A stretch of 64,000 nt of DNA from an uncultured Clostridia bacterium (GCA_944393265.1 CALXZO010000004.1:31409-95408); one strand, 5' to 3'. Counted from the first letter of the stretch, positions 32,917 to 45,367 are shown. Translations and numbers: made by a program. The notes: generated by a model not told the origin, from the sequence alone.

Positions 32917-33229
32917 CTTTAAACCTCCTCTCAACTTCTTCTCTCATATTTAATGATGTTAATAATGCATTCATTCCATCTGAAAATCCATATCTATAAT
33001 ACTTTTCGTTTAAGTTTGCAGATTCATCATATACTTCCATCATAATCTCATCTAAATAATCTCCTGCTTGTTTCTTTTGTTCATCGGTAAGGTCTTTTAT
33101 ATAGTCTTCTATATATACTATTTCTTTTCGACTATCTATACTTTCCTTTTCCTCTACTGTCAAACCTGCAATATCTTCAATTCTACTATCAAATATACTT
33201 TTAATTATATCATTATATTTTCTTTTCAT
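32906..33229 (-). CDS. hypothetical protein
   Basis: 107 aa, helical, EKYYRYGFSDG motif. Confidence 0.65.
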   Translation of the reverse strand: MKRKYNDIIKSIFDSRIEDIAGLTVEEKESIDSRKEIVYIEDYIKDLTDEQKKQAGDYLDEIMMEVYDESANLNEKYYRYGFSDGMNALLTSLNMREEVERRFKDAK

Positions 33230-33303
33230 ATAAATTTCGCTCCCCTCTTATTCTTTAATTAAATAATAACAGGGAGCTTTTTATAAAACAAATGTGCAAA
33301 TTT

Positions 33304-36300
33304 TTATCTTGTAAAATCATCATCTCTATCTTTTTCATCTATTTCTTCTATATCGTCAAATGTATCCATACTATTATCTTTTTCATTTATATTTAATAAA
33401 GCATTTACTTCATTTAATCTTATTTGTTTTTCTTTTAGTTCGGTTTCATATTTAAAATCAGCTTTTACTTCTATTTGTGCATTTTTTAATTGTTCGCCTA
33501 AAGATTCAAGTTCTATTGTATTTCTTGTTATTTCTTTTTCGATATTTCCAAACGCATTTTCTAATCTTGTCAAATTACCATACTCATCATTACCAAGTTC
33601 TATCTGATAATGATATTTATTTCTTATATTCATTTTATGCATATTGGCAAATCTATCAAAGAAAACCTCAAGTTCAAATCCTCTATAATTTCCTATGTAT
33701 GTTATATCAGTTGTCATTATTTTCTTTATTTCTTCTAGTAAGTGTTTTCCTGCTTGTTCTTTGTCCGAATATGTTGTTTGTAATACTTTTAAACTTGGAA
33801 AGTTATCTCCATATTTTAATTTACTTTCCTCATACACTTTCTTATCTTCAGCTAATAATTCTAATGCCACTTTTGTTTTCTCAATTTGAGATGGATAGTA
33901 TCTTACTATTTTTTCTTCCAATGAATATTTTTGACTCAAGAAGTTTTGTTTTAATAATTTTAATCTAGCAACATCTGCATCTAATTCTGTTTTTTCAAGT
34001 ATTAAAGGATTTCCACTTGCCAATGCTTTTATTTCTCCATAAGATAATGCAATTTCATCAACATCTTCTGCACTTCTCACAGGTGTTTTGGATGTCATTA
34101 TTTGTGCTATAAACTTCTGTTTTTTCTCTACTAATTGAAAAAGATATGCATCAAAGGTGTTCTTTGTTACATATCTATAAATATTTACTTCTTTATTCAT
34201 ATTTCCTTGTCTTACAATTCTTCCAAGTCTTTGTGTTAAATCAGCAGGTCGCCACGGACAATCTAAATCGTGTAGTGCAACTAATCTAGTTTGTACATTA
34301 GTTCCTGCTCCCATTTTAGCTGTACTTCCAATTAAAACTCTTACACTACCATTTCTAACTTTAGCAAATAATTCTTTCTTTTTTTCTTCTGTATCTGCTT
34401 CGTGAATAAAAACAATCTCATCTCTTGGAATTTCTTTCTTCATGAGCTTACATTTTAATTCGGTATATGCGTCTAAAAATGGAACTTCTGCATTTTTATC
34501 ATTCTCAATAATATCAAAAATTTCCGAAGATTTTAATAAATCTTTTGGAGTAGACAAATCACAGAAAACTAATTGCGTCATTTTATCTGAATCATATTCT
34601 TTATACATTTTATAGATATTCTCAACACAAGTATTTATTTTATTATTAAAAACATCTGGTAGCATATCATTAAGTAGTCTTTGATCCAAAGCTAATTTTC
34701 TTCCATCATTTGTAATTTTAAGCATATTATCCAATTTAGGATTAACACTACCACTTCTTACTTTTTCAGCTCGTTCTCCTAATCCTTCTACAATTGATTT
34801 TTGAAATTCACTAGGTTCCGTTGTTACAACATTAAAATTTGCTTTAGGAACAGGCAAATTAAGTGTATCTGCTGTTTGAATATCTGCAATTTCTTTAAAT
34901 ATTGCCATTAGTTCTGGTAGGTTGTTAAATTTTGCAAAGCTTGTCTTTTGTCTATAACCATTTCCCTCTGGAGAAAGTTCTAATGTTGATATTGTTTCTC
35001 CAAATGTGGATGCCCACGCATCAAAATGTTGTAATTTATTTTCAACTAAAGTGTTATACTGCAAATATCTTTGCATTGTATATAGTTCAACCATCGAATT
35101 TGATACTGGTGTACCTGTGGCAAATACAATACCTCTATTATTTGTTTTTTCATCTAAATATCTACATTTCAAATACAAGTCAGAACTCTTTTGTGCTTCA
35201 GTTTGTGCTATACCAGATACATTTCTCATTTTTGTATACATATATAAATTTTTATATCCGATGAGCCTCATCAACAAACATCTTATCAATACCGAGCTCC
35301 TCAAAATATATTGTATTATCTTTTCTAGACTGGTCATTTAACTTTTTTAGTTTTTCTTCTAATCTTCTTTTTGTTCGTTCTAATTCTTTAACAGTAAATC
35401 GTTCAGCTCTTTCATTCTTTGCTTCTTCTATTCCTTGCACAATTTCATATATTTGTTCCTGCAACAACATTCTCTGTCTTTCTGGCGACATTGGTATTCT
35501 CTCAAATTGAGAATGTCCAATTATTATTGCATCATAATCTCCAGTTGCAATCTTACTGCAGAATCTTTTTCGATAATTCGTAGAAAAATCTTTTTTAGTA
35601 GCAACTAATATATTTGCTGACGGATATAGTTGTAAAAATTCACTAGCAAATTGTTCAATAATATGATTTGGAACGACAAACAATGCCTTATTGGATAATC
35701 CTAATCTTTTGCTTTCCATACAAGCAGCAACCATTTCAAAAGTCTTTCCTGCACCTACTTCGTGAGCAAGTAATGTATTTCCACCATATAAAATATGTGC
35801 TATTGCATTGACTTGATGTGTTCTTAACTTTATTTCTGGATTTATCCCATCAAACTTTATATGTGAGCCATCGTATTCTCGAGGTCTAATCGAATTAAAT
35901 TTATCATTATATAATCTTACAAGTTTTTCTCGTCTATCAAGATCTTTCCATAGCCAGTTTTCAAATTCTTCTTTTATTAAATCTTGTTTTGAACAAGCTA
36001 TTGCAGTTTCTTTCTTGTTTAATACTCTTTTTTCTTTACCTTCTTCATCCCTTATCGTATCAAACACTTTAACATCTTTCATATTAAGAGTATTTTCTAA
36101 AATCTTATATGCACTCATTCTGTTTGTACCATAAGTATTATTTACCTTAACATTTCCTTGATCCAATGATTTGTTTTGTATATTCCAGTTAGACGTTAAA
36201 TCCGAATAAGACACTTGGATACGACTTCTTAAATACCAAGATGTTCCAAATATTTCGTACATAAAATCTTGTATATATTCAACAGGTATCCACGTTGCTC

Positions 36301-39300
36301 CTAATTTGGCTGTAATTTCACTTGCTTGTAAATCCTCTGGTATAACATCAGTCAAAAATTTAACATTTATATCTAAAGAATTATCTTCTATACTTGCTTG
36401 TTTTGCAATTTCTAATTTCTTTCTTACATTGCCACTCAAATACTCATCTGCAGTAACATATTTATCATTACTATATGGTTCTTTAAATATAACTCCTCTT
36501 AATTCATTTATAAGAGTTTCTTTAGATAACTTTGAAAGATTACTCATATATTTCAAATCAACTTTTGCTTTTTCAGACATAGAAACAAGTAATGCATCAG
36601 TTGCATTTTCTACACTATTTACGACTTTATGAGGTTTTATTGTTCTTTTAGAAAACATATCTGCTTTTCTTAAAAATAGACCTTTATCATCATTTACTTC
36701 TAGTGAAGTAAGTAAATAATAACTACTATCATCTTCAAATGCTTTTTTATTTGCTCTTGCACAAATTCTTCCGTATTCTACAACAAAATTATCGTACATA
36801 AAGTTCAATGTACTTTGTGTTGCCCTAATTTCTTCTTCTGGAGCATCATAAGTTTGTAATTCTATAAGTTTTCTTGTTGTATCCCTTATATCTATTAGTT
36901 TTTTTATTCTCTTTACTGTTCCATCTGGATTTTCTTGTAAATACATTTTGGAATCTTCACGATAATAAATCTTACCTCCAACAACAGTATATGAATAATT
37001 TCTAACATTCAGATTTGCAGGTAAAACAGAATCTTTATTCTCTGTATTTATTTCATCAACTTCTATTTCTGGAATTTTAGCATTTAGGTTTAATATAGCT
37101 TGTTTTAATTGTTCTTTCAGATTGCTATCTTCAAATGGAGTACAAACTGCATCCATTCTTCCATATTGGGTTGATTTCATCTGCATTTTCCCTAATATCA
37201 TCTGAGGATTATCTATAAAATATTGATTCATTTTAATTCCATCTTCATTTCCTCCTAGATGTATCCACTCTGGTTCTGTATAAATAGGTGTTTCTCTTTT
37301 TTGCAAGAAAATTATATCTGATGTAACAATAGTTCCTGCGTTTTTTCTAAATGTACTATTCGGTAGTCTAATAGCTCCAATTAAATCAGCTCGTTCAGCA
37401 ACATATTTTCTAAACGAATTATTTTCTTTATCCAAAGTTCCTTTTGATGTTATAAAAGCGACTATTCCACCAGCTCTTACTTTATCTATAGCTTTTGCAA
37501 AGAAATAATCGTGTATTAGAAAATTATTCTTATCGTATTTTTTGTCTGTTACTTTAAAATCTCCAAAAGGTACATTACCTATTGCTATATCAAAAGAATT
37601 GTCTGGGTAATCCATTTCTTCAAATCCTTGAATTGCTATGTTAGATTTTTGATATAACTGTTTTGCTATTCTTCCAGATATACTATCTAATTCAATTCCA
37701 TATATATTACTTCTCTGCATATTTTCTGGAAGTCTACCAATGAAATTACCTGTCCCACAACTTGGTTCAAGAATATTTCCTGTTTCAAATCCCATATTTG
37801 ATAATGCTTCATACATAGCAGAAATAACAACAGGTGGTGTGTAAAATGCTGTAAGAACAGAGCTACTCGCACTTGTGTATTCTTCTGGTGTCAGTAATTC
37901 TTTTAGTTCTGCATATTCTTCTTTCCAATCATCTGCATTTTTATCAAATGCTTTTGAAAGACCTCCCCATCCAACATATTTTGAAAGTATCTCTTGTTCC
38001 TCACTTGTAGCTAATCTGTTTTCAATTTCCATTTGTTTTAAAAGTTTTATCGCATCAACATTGTTTTTATACTTTTCTTTTAAACTTCCTATACCTAACT
38101 CATCATCAGAAATAGTAAATTGTATTGGTTCTTGCTTTACATTATTTTCTGGCACAAAAAAAGACTGTAACTTTTGACTTTCTAATTCCAAGTCTGTTAC
38201 AGTCGTCTCTTTTTCCTCACTTATTAGCAAGTTATCTATTAAATTTATTTGCTCGTTTTCAGATAGAATATCATCATCTAAACTAATACCAACTCTCTCA
38301 TTATCTCGCTTTCTGTTTCCATTTTTATTGTATTCATCATTTGTACCCAAAGTATTTGGTCTTGCTCTTTCAATTGTTCCGTCAAGTTGTCCCTCTTCAT
38401 TTTCTCTTTCATTCTGATTTCTAATGCTTCCTCGCATTCCTCCTGTATTTTGTTCAAGTGAGGAATCAATGTTTCCTGCATTATCATCTTGTCGAACTTG
38501 CTCGGTCTGTGATTCTTTAGAAAGTTCTCCCTCGCTATTGCGTATTTGCCATTCACTCTTATTTGATTCTGCATTACTTCCAACTCTGGTATCAAGTAAT
38601 CCTTCACTTGTCTGTAATTTATCTTTATTTCTTGCATTTTCAATTCCTCCTTTATCCTTAAATTCATTATTAGCATACACACTTGTTTTGCCATAAGCAA
38701 CTGTACGATTTTTAACAAATGACCTTGTTTCCCTTATTATATCTCTTGTCAAATCCCTACAAGCATTACCAAATACTGTTATAATTTCTGGATCTGCTAT
38801 ATTTATTATTTTGTCAAAATAAATTTTGTAAGCATATTCGTCTATTGGAACACCACATCTATTCTTAACCATATATGTAACACTATCTTGAACTAACTCT
38901 TTAAATAAATTCTTATATTCTTCATCTGCACTATTAAGCAAAGGTTCTTCTTCAAAGTATGTTTCAATATTATCTTCAACCAGATTTTCTACTGCTGAAG
39001 CTATTGCTAATTCTATATTTGATTTATCTTGTAGCTCTCCATATTTACTTTCAAGCTGCTCTATATAATCACTTTCATCTTTTGCTATATTAAGTTCCCA
39101 TAAGCCTTTAAATTTGCCATACTTTTGAAATGTATCAGAAACATCAAAAATGTTTTCCATATAACTTTTTCCATTATTATATTTTATGATTCTTATAGCA
39201 CTAGTTCCTTTTTTTATCCATCTATGAAAATTCTTGTTCCAAAATTCCATACTAGCACAAGCTCTGGCATCTGGTCTTTGAGCGTAGATAAGTAATTGTT

Positions 39301-39427
39301 CTCCAAATGTGTATTCAAACATCCAAGTTGCTGACTTTAAAAATCCCATCCATTCATCTGAACTTTTGGTAACATCATTTATCATTTCTTCATAAAGCAT
39401 TTTAGCATATTTCGTATTTAAAGCCAC
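33304..39427 (-). CDS. large SNF2-type helicase / N6-adenine methylase fusion (DarB-like), +1 shift at CGG-A (35258-35260)
   Basis: LEPSCGTGNF, IGNVPF, AHEVGAGKT, FVDEAH-(C)GGA-YKNL, ATGTPVSNS, QRLGRIVRQGN. Confidence 0.9.
38278..38637 (-). CDS. TnpV-family protein nested in an alternative frame of the helicase gene
   Basis: MQEIKINYRQVKDYLIPEL...GKY...FLKNHRP...TEQLKEQDQILWVQMMNTI; AAAGGAGG RBS before the ATG at 38637. Confidence 0.7.
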   Translation of the reverse strand: MQEIKINYRQVKDYLIPELEVMQNQIRVNGKYAIARENFLKNHRPSKFDKMIMQETLIPHLNKIQEECEEALEIRMKEKMKRDNLTEQLKEQDQILWVQMMNTIKMETESEIMRELVLV

Positions 39428-39442
39428 TTTATAACCTCCTCT

Positions 39443-39655
39443 CTATATTTCTTTACCTGTTAAAAACTTAACTACTTGTTTAGTTCTTATTGCTTTTTTA
39501 AATTTAATTATTGTGTTTATATCTTGTATCGTAACTCCATCTATTTTTTCAATATCCTCTAACTGCATTGAAAGTATCAGCTTATCATCATCAAATCCTG
39601 CATTGAATAACTTTTCAATTGACTTAGCTATTTGTGTAACAGTCATTTTTAACAC
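39443..39655 (-). CDS. small hypothetical protein
   Basis: 70 aa, GAGGTG RBS. Confidence 0.6.
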   Translation of the reverse strand: MLKMTVTQIAKSIEKLFNAGFDDDKLILSMQLEDIEKIDGVTIQDINTIIKFKKAIRTKQVVKFLTGKEI

Positions 39656-39803
39656 CTCGCTTTTATATATATTTAATTATTTATTATTTATAATTATCAT
39701 TCTCTTTTAGTAAGTAATAGTTTATAGGGGGATTGTAAGGGGGTGAGAAAATAAAAAGTAATACCGTTTTGCGTAGAACTTATCTACATAAAAAAGTATT
39801 ACT

Positions 39804-40775
39804 TTATCTACTATCTCTATCCTTATTTTTCGTATTCTTTATTACTTTACTATCTTCATCTAATTGAATGTCCATTTTTTCAACGTTTATTCCTCTTTCT
39901 TTGCATATTATCGCACATTTTATAAAATAAGTTTCCACTTCTCTTGGTGTTACAACATTTCTAGGCAAATATTTTTCAACTCTTGTATAAGGAATATTTA
40001 TTTTTGGTATTTGATTAGGTTTTTCTTCACACATAATATCTTCAAGAGTATCTTCAGTTAATTCATAATTTTTACTTAATTCTTTTAATGTTTGTGCTTG
40101 AGATAAAGATGGTGTGTGATCATAAAAATCAATAGCATTTAATAATAGTTTTTGTTCGTGTTCTCTTAAATATGAGATTTCTACTGCTGGACTAAATCCT
40201 ATTCTGCCTGTATCTACCATTTCTAAAAGCTCTGGTATAAGTTCTGTAAGACGAATGTATCTTCTTACTTTATCTTGACTCTCACCAAGTTGCTCTCCTA
40301 AAATCTCTCTTGTTGTTTTTCCGCCCGACTTCTGTGCATTTTGCACAGAAGTTAAATCATTTCTCTTTCCTTGATGTTTCATTGCATCTAATTTCATTTT
40401 ATAAGCAAATGCTCTTTCACTTGGTAATACTTCTTCCCTTTGTATATTACTATCTACCATTTGTATGATAGCTTCATCTCTACTTATATCTCTTACAATA
40501 CAAGGTATTTTATCTATTCCTAATAATTCACAAGCTCTTTTTCTTCTATGTCCTGATACAATTTCATATTCTCCATCTTTTAAAGGTCTTACAATTAAAG
40601 GTGTTGTAATACCATTCTCTACAATACTTGCTTTTAATTCTTCTAATGATTCATCATTAACCTTAAAAGGATGTTTTTCAAAGTTTTTCAATTCGCTTAT
40701 TCCTATTTCAATTATTTGTTCTAAATCTTTTTTTGAGTCATTCTCGTTCAAATTTGGACTATTATTTTTTATCAT
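39804..40775 (-). CDS. parB: ParB/RepB/Spo0J-family partition protein
   Basis: HPFKV, YEIVSGHRR, MVDSNIQRE.VLPSERAFAY, HQGKRNDL. Confidence 0.88.
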   Translation of the reverse strand: MIKNNSPNLNENDSKKDLEQIIEIGISELKNFEKHPFKVNDESLEELKASIVENGITTPLIVRPLKDGEYEIVSGHRRKRACELLGIDKIPCIVRDISRDEAIIQMVDSNIQREEVLPSERAFAYKMKLDAMKHQGKRNDLTSVQNAQKSGGKTTREILGEQLGESQDKVRRYIRLTELIPELLEMVDTGRIGFSPAVEISYLREHEQKLLLNAIDFYDHTPSLSQAQTLKELSKNYELTEDTLEDIMCEEKPNQIPKINIPYTRVEKYLPRNVVTPREVETYFIKCAIICKERGINVEKMDIQLDEDSKVIKNTKNKDRDSR

Positions 40776-40844
40776 TCTTACACCTCCCAACAAAATAAGA
40801 GGAGCTACTTAATTGTAACCCCTCTATCTTAATCTTATTTAATT

Positions 40845-43800
40845 CTACCAACCTGTTTTAGGCAATTTAATTTTTGGAAGTGTTTTATTGAAAATTAAAG
40901 TTCTCCAACTTGAATTTCCTGTTACTTTATAATTGTTATAAAATCCAAACACTTCTGTATAGTTCATTATTTCAGTTCCATCTTTTAAATAGTTATTAAC
41001 TTTTGTATAAATAAATGGAGCTTGAACTTCACTAAATCCTGCACCAACAGTTCCAAACTCAAATGCTATATCTGTTACATATTCATCTTTTTGTAATGGT
41101 AAATTTGTAAAGTCTAATTCGTAAATTTGAGTAGTAAATAAATTATCTGCTACTAATCTATAAGTTGTTTCAAAGTTTGTTTTGTACTTAACACTATAAG
41201 TTAAGTTTTGATTCCAAGTACCAGTAAATACTTTTTGTAGTTTAGTTTCTATTGGCAAACTATCGTGCCAAGTAAAATTATCTAATGCTACATTTGAGTT
41301 ATTTCTTATGTTTTTGAAATCATATCTAATAGTATCTAAACATTGTGTTTCAATTAATCCTGTTTTTTCTATTGTTACACCAACTTTTACACTCTTATTT
41401 GTTATATTCAATATTTTTGTTTGTCCATCTTTAACATCTACTGTATATTCTTTTGTATCTAACACATAGTTTGCAGGAGCTTTTGTTTCTTTTACTGTAT
41501 ATGTTCCAAATTCTAGTTCTTTTGAAACTGCAACACCATCATAATTTGTTTTTATTGTATCTACTACTTTACCTTTACTATTTCTAATTTCAAAAGTTGC
41601 ATTTGAAAGTCTTGTGTTAGCTAACACACCTGTTATCTCGTTGTTGTCCTCACTAGTTTTAATTACTTGAATTTTTCCTTTAATCTTTTCGTTAGTTAAA
41701 TTTAATACTGTTTCCTTACCCCATTTTATAACTACTTCATATTCTTTTGTATCTTTTACATAGCCATTCAATGCTTTAGTTTCTGTTAGATAATACTTTC
41801 CTGCTTCTAATGTTTTTGAAATATTTATTTCTCCATTTTTATCTGTTACAAGTTCCCATTTATTTGCACCATCTTCAGTTGTTAAAAGATATTCAACACC
41901 TTTTAATTCTTTCTTTGTATCCTTATCTGTTTTAACAATTTTTAAAGATCCATAAGGTAAATTCTTCACTTGTAATAGCTTTGTTTCTCCTATGTCTAAT
42001 GTAACCTTATATGTCGTTGTATCCAATTTATATCCATCAAGTGGTGTAGTTTCAGTTACAATATAAGTACCTGCATTTAAAGTTTTATTAAGCTTAATTT
42101 GTCCAAAAGAATCCGTTGTAAAATCTCCAACATATTCTCCATTTTCCTTTGTTATATGGAATTTAACTCCTGCAATAGGTTTTGTTGTTACACTATCTAT
42201 CTTCTCTACAATTAAAGTTGAATAAGGTATATTTTCAAATTCCACTACTGTTGCTACATTAGACTTAACTTCAACATTCCTTGGAGTAGTATCTATTTTA
42301 TAGCCATTTATTGTAGATGTTTCTTGAACTATATACCAACCCTCATTTAATGAAGATAAGTAAATCATTCCACTTGCATCGGTAGAATAAGTACCAACCA
42401 ATTCGCCATTTATTTTACTTACTTTGAATTTAACATCTTTTAGCCCTTGTTTTGTTACGCTATCTACTTTTAAAATTTGTAATCCTGCTTTTGCTCGATT
42501 CGTAAATTCTACGACTGCATTCTCATAATAAGTAACTTGTACATCTTTAACTGTACTATCTAGCAAATAACCTTTCGGTGCTTCAGTTTCTTGAATTGAA
42601 TACCAACCTGCATCAAGATTTGGAATTACAATTTTACCAACGTTATCTGTTTTATATTCTCCTACGAAATCTCCAGTTTTTGTTGTTACTTTAAATTTAG
42701 CTCCAGCTAATGGAGCTTTTGTATATTCATCATATTTTATAATTTCAATTCCTGCTAACTGCTTATTTGCAAATTCAATTATTTGAGAATTATTGCTTTC
42801 TACTTTTACATTTTGTGGTGTAGTATTTAATGCATAACCCTCTGGTGCTTGGATTTCTTCAACTATGTACCATCCTTCATCTAAATCTCCAATATTTATA
42901 TAACCTGTTCTGCTAGTTACATACTCTCCAATTATTTTGCCATTCATTTTGCTCACTCTAAATTTAGCATCTGCTAATGGCTTACCTGTATTAAAATCGA
43001 TTTTTAGAATTTGTAAGCCTGCTTTCATCTTGTTAGTAAATTCAACAATTTGATTTTTGTATGGTGTAACTTCTACATCTTGTTTAACATCATCTAATAT
43101 ATATCCTTTAGGTGCTTCTATTTCTAAAATTGTGTACCATCCATTATCTAATTTAGATAAGTTAATGTGTCCTTGTTTGTCTGTTGTATACTCACCTATT
43201 AAAAGTCCATTCTTTGTTGTTACTCTGAATTTTGCTCCCTCAAGTGGTACACCAGTTGCTGCATCAGTTTTTAATATTTGTAATCCTCCCTTTTGTCTGT
43301 TACTGAATTCTACAACAGTTGGAGCATTCTCTCTCACTTCAACAGTTTTAGGTGTACTATCTAATATGTATCCCTCAGGTGCTTGAGTTTCCTCTATTAT
43401 ATAAAATCCAGCATCAAGTTCTGGTACATTTATAAATCCAGTTCTAGTTGTCGTGTATTCTCCAAATGATTGTCCATTTACATTTGTAATTCTGAATTTG
43501 GCATTTGCTAACGGCTCTCCAGTATCTGCATCTACTTTTTTAATTTGAACTCCTGCTTTCGCTGTATTAGTAAGTTCGATAATAGCATCATTATCAATAC
43601 TTACTTCTACAATTTTGGTTTCCATATCAATATTATATCCTCTCGGAGCTTTTATTTCTTTGACTGAATATATTCCAGGATATAGGTTAGGAATATTTAT
43701 TGTTCCATTTTCGTCTGTTGTAAAGTCTCCAATATACCAATCTGGTTCCCAAATGGCTCTACTAACTTCACTACTTACTAAATTCACTTCAAAAGTTGCA

Positions 43801-45347
43801 TTCGCTAATGTTTTTTCTGTTAAAGAATCTCTTTTTATAATTTGAATTCCTGTCAATCTCTTGTTTGTTAATACTAATTCTGCAACTTCATTTTCTACAA
43901 CATTTATAGTATAAATATTAGTATCTTGTAGATAATTCATTGGAGCTTCAATTTCTTCTACGTTATAAGTTCCAACGTCTAAATCTTGAATGTTTATTGT
44001 TCCATTTTTATTTGTTACATATTCTCCTACTAACGTTCCATCTGCTTTGCTAACTCTATATTTTGCATTTTCTAATGGTTCGCTAGTTGTTTTATCTATT
44101 TTTCTAATTTCAAGACCTGCTTTTTTGTCATTTAAAAATGTTACAACATTTTCTTTATTATACTCAACTAAAATAACTTGCTCATTATCATCAGCATTGT
44201 CTGCTAAAAGGTAGCCGTCTGGAGCTTCAAGTTCTGTAATCTTATAATAACCTTCTTCAGCAACTTCCACTTTAACCTCGCCTTTAGTATCTGTCACAAA
44301 TGTTCCAATAAGTCCTCCATCAATTTTAACAACTTCAAATGTAGCATTTCCTAATTTTTCATTAGTAACTGAATCCCTTTTTACAATTGTAATTTCAGTT
44401 GTTACTTTGTCTAATTTAATTGCAACGTCAGCAGTTGCTTCTTCGTATGGATTTGCCGCAATAAGCATTGTTTGCATACGAATGTTATCACATTCTGCCT
44501 GGTACACTGGCATACTTTTCAAATTAGCCCTTACTTGCACCTCAAAAGCTGTAATCTCATTTTCTTTAACTGGAATCATTACTTTAAAATTTTCATCGTT
44601 ATCAAAAGTTGTTTTCTCAATACCATTTTCATCTGTAATTTTTGTGCCTACAGGTAAATCAGATATATCAAATAAAACTTCATACTCATCAAATTCACAA
44701 TTACCTTCTACTGAAAAAGTCTGCGATTTATAATTTGAATCATTTTCATCTAATATAGTTTTTTCTGTTTCTGCTTTAACAGTTAATTCTGGCTCTTTGT
44801 ATCTATCTGTTCCATTTAGACCAATATCATAAAGTTCTTTTATTACTTCTATCATATTTTCGCCCTCTGAATTAAGAGATCCATAACTATCAACAGATGC
44901 ATCATCTAGAGTTCTATAAATAGCTTGTTTTGTTGCAAAGAAAGCTTCTCGCTCACCATTCGCACCAATCTCACTTGGAGTCTTGTATGGGTAGCCATTT
45001 GTTGCTACTCGCCAAAGTCTATCATCAGTTACTTTGCTTTTAACAATATATTCTCCATAGTGTATATCATTAGAACCTACCCCTTGAAATGATGGCTCAT
45101 TACAATATGCTGCATATTCATTACCATCTTCTGCTGAATACACAACAAATTTAGCTTGTATTTCTTCTCCTTCATACGTTAAGTAACGACCACAGCTACC
45201 TTTATCGACAAGCAAAATTCTCGAACCTATAAATTCATCTGATGTTGTACTTGCGTATGTGGTTGTTGGTATAAGAAATCCTGCAAATGTATTTACTAAT
45301 GTTGTTAACGCACAAAATGCACTTAAAATTCTATTTTTTATCTTCAT
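40845..45347 (-). CDS. large surface adhesin: thioester (TQXA-like) domain plus SpaA/Cna-B repeats, terminal LPKTG
   Basis: Signal peptide, AYC...TKQAIY, about ten K.D......L..A.F...G.Y.T...G.Y...E..AP.GY repeats; ends KLPKTGW*. Confidence 0.85.
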   Translation of the reverse strand: MKIKNRILSAFCALTTLVNTFAGFLIPTTTYASTTSDEFIGSRILLVDKGSCGRYLTYEGEEIQAKFVVYSAEDGNEYAAYCNEPSFQGVGSNDIHYGEYIVKSKVTDDRLWRVATNGYPYKTPSEIGANGEREAFFATKQAIYRTLDDASVDSYGSLNSEGENMIEVIKELYDIGLNGTDRYKEPELTVKAETEKTILDENDSNYKSQTFSVEGNCEFDEYEVLFDISDLPVGTKITDENGIEKTTFDNDENFKVMIPVKENEITAFEVQVRANLKSMPVYQAECDNIRMQTMLIAANPYEEATADVAIKLDKVTTEITIVKRDSVTNEKLGNATFEVVKIDGGLIGTFVTDTKGEVKVEVAEEGYYKITELEAPDGYLLADNADDNEQVILVEYNKENVVTFLNDKKAGLEIRKIDKTTSEPLENAKYRVSKADGTLVGEYVTNKNGTINIQDLDVGTYNVEEIEAPMNYLQDTNIYTINVVENEVAELVLTNKRLTGIQIIKRDSLTEKTLANATFEVNLVSSEVSRAIWEPDWYIGDFTTDENGTINIPNLYPGIYSVKEIKAPRGYNIDMETKIVEVSIDNDAIIELTNTAKAGVQIKKVDADTGEPLANAKFRITNVNGQSFGEYTTTRTGFINVPELDAGFYIIEETQAPEGYILDSTPKTVEVRENAPTVVEFSNRQKGGLQILKTDAATGVPLEGAKFRVTTKNGLLIGEYTTDKQGHINLSKLDNGWYTILEIEAPKGYILDDVKQDVEVTPYKNQIVEFTNKMKAGLQILKIDFNTGKPLADAKFRVSKMNGKIIGEYVTSRTGYINIGDLDEGWYIVEEIQAPEGYALNTTPQNVKVESNNSQIIEFANKQLAGIEIIKYDEYTKAPLAGAKFKVTTKTGDFVGEYKTDNVGKIVIPNLDAGWYSIQETEAPKGYLLDSTVKDVQVTYYENAVVEFTNRAKAGLQILKVDSVTKQGLKDVKFKVSKINGELVGTYSTDASGMIYLSSLNEGWYIVQETSTINGYKIDTTPRNVEVKSNVATVVEFENIPYSTLIVEKIDSVTTKPIAGVKFHITKENGEYVGDFTTDSFGQIKLNKTLNAGTYIVTETTPLDGYKLDTTTYKVTLDIGETKLLQVKNLPYGSLKIVKTDKDTKKELKGVEYLLTTEDGANKWELVTDKNGEINISKTLEAGKYYLTETKALNGYVKDTKEYEVVIKWGKETVLNLTNEKIKGKIQVIKTSEDNNEITGVLANTRLSNATFEIRNSKGKVVDTIKTNYDGVAVSKELEFGTYTVKETKAPANYVLDTKEYTVDVKDGQTKILNITNKSVKVGVTIEKTGLIETQCLDTIRYDFKNIRNNSNVALDNFTWHDSLPIETKLQKVFTGTWNQNLTYSVKYKTNFETTYRLVADNLFTTQIYELDFTNLPLQKDEYVTDIAFEFGTVGAGFSEVQAPFIYTKVNNYLKDGTEIMNYTEVFGFYNNYKVTGNSSWRTLIFNKTLPKIKLPKTGW

Positions 45348-45367
45348 TTTTATTCCTCCACTTCTTT

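Noticed and set aside
39660-39800. G-rich patch (gggggattgtaagggggtgag) between parB and the helicase block, possible origin or rep remnant
   Set aside because: No iterons or credible ORF; too little to support a call.
41400-44400. Periodic repeats suggesting a CRISPR array or DGR
   Set aside because: They are degenerate protein-domain repeats (SpaA/Cna-B) within one ORF; no repeat-spacer array or reverse transcriptase was seen in the window.
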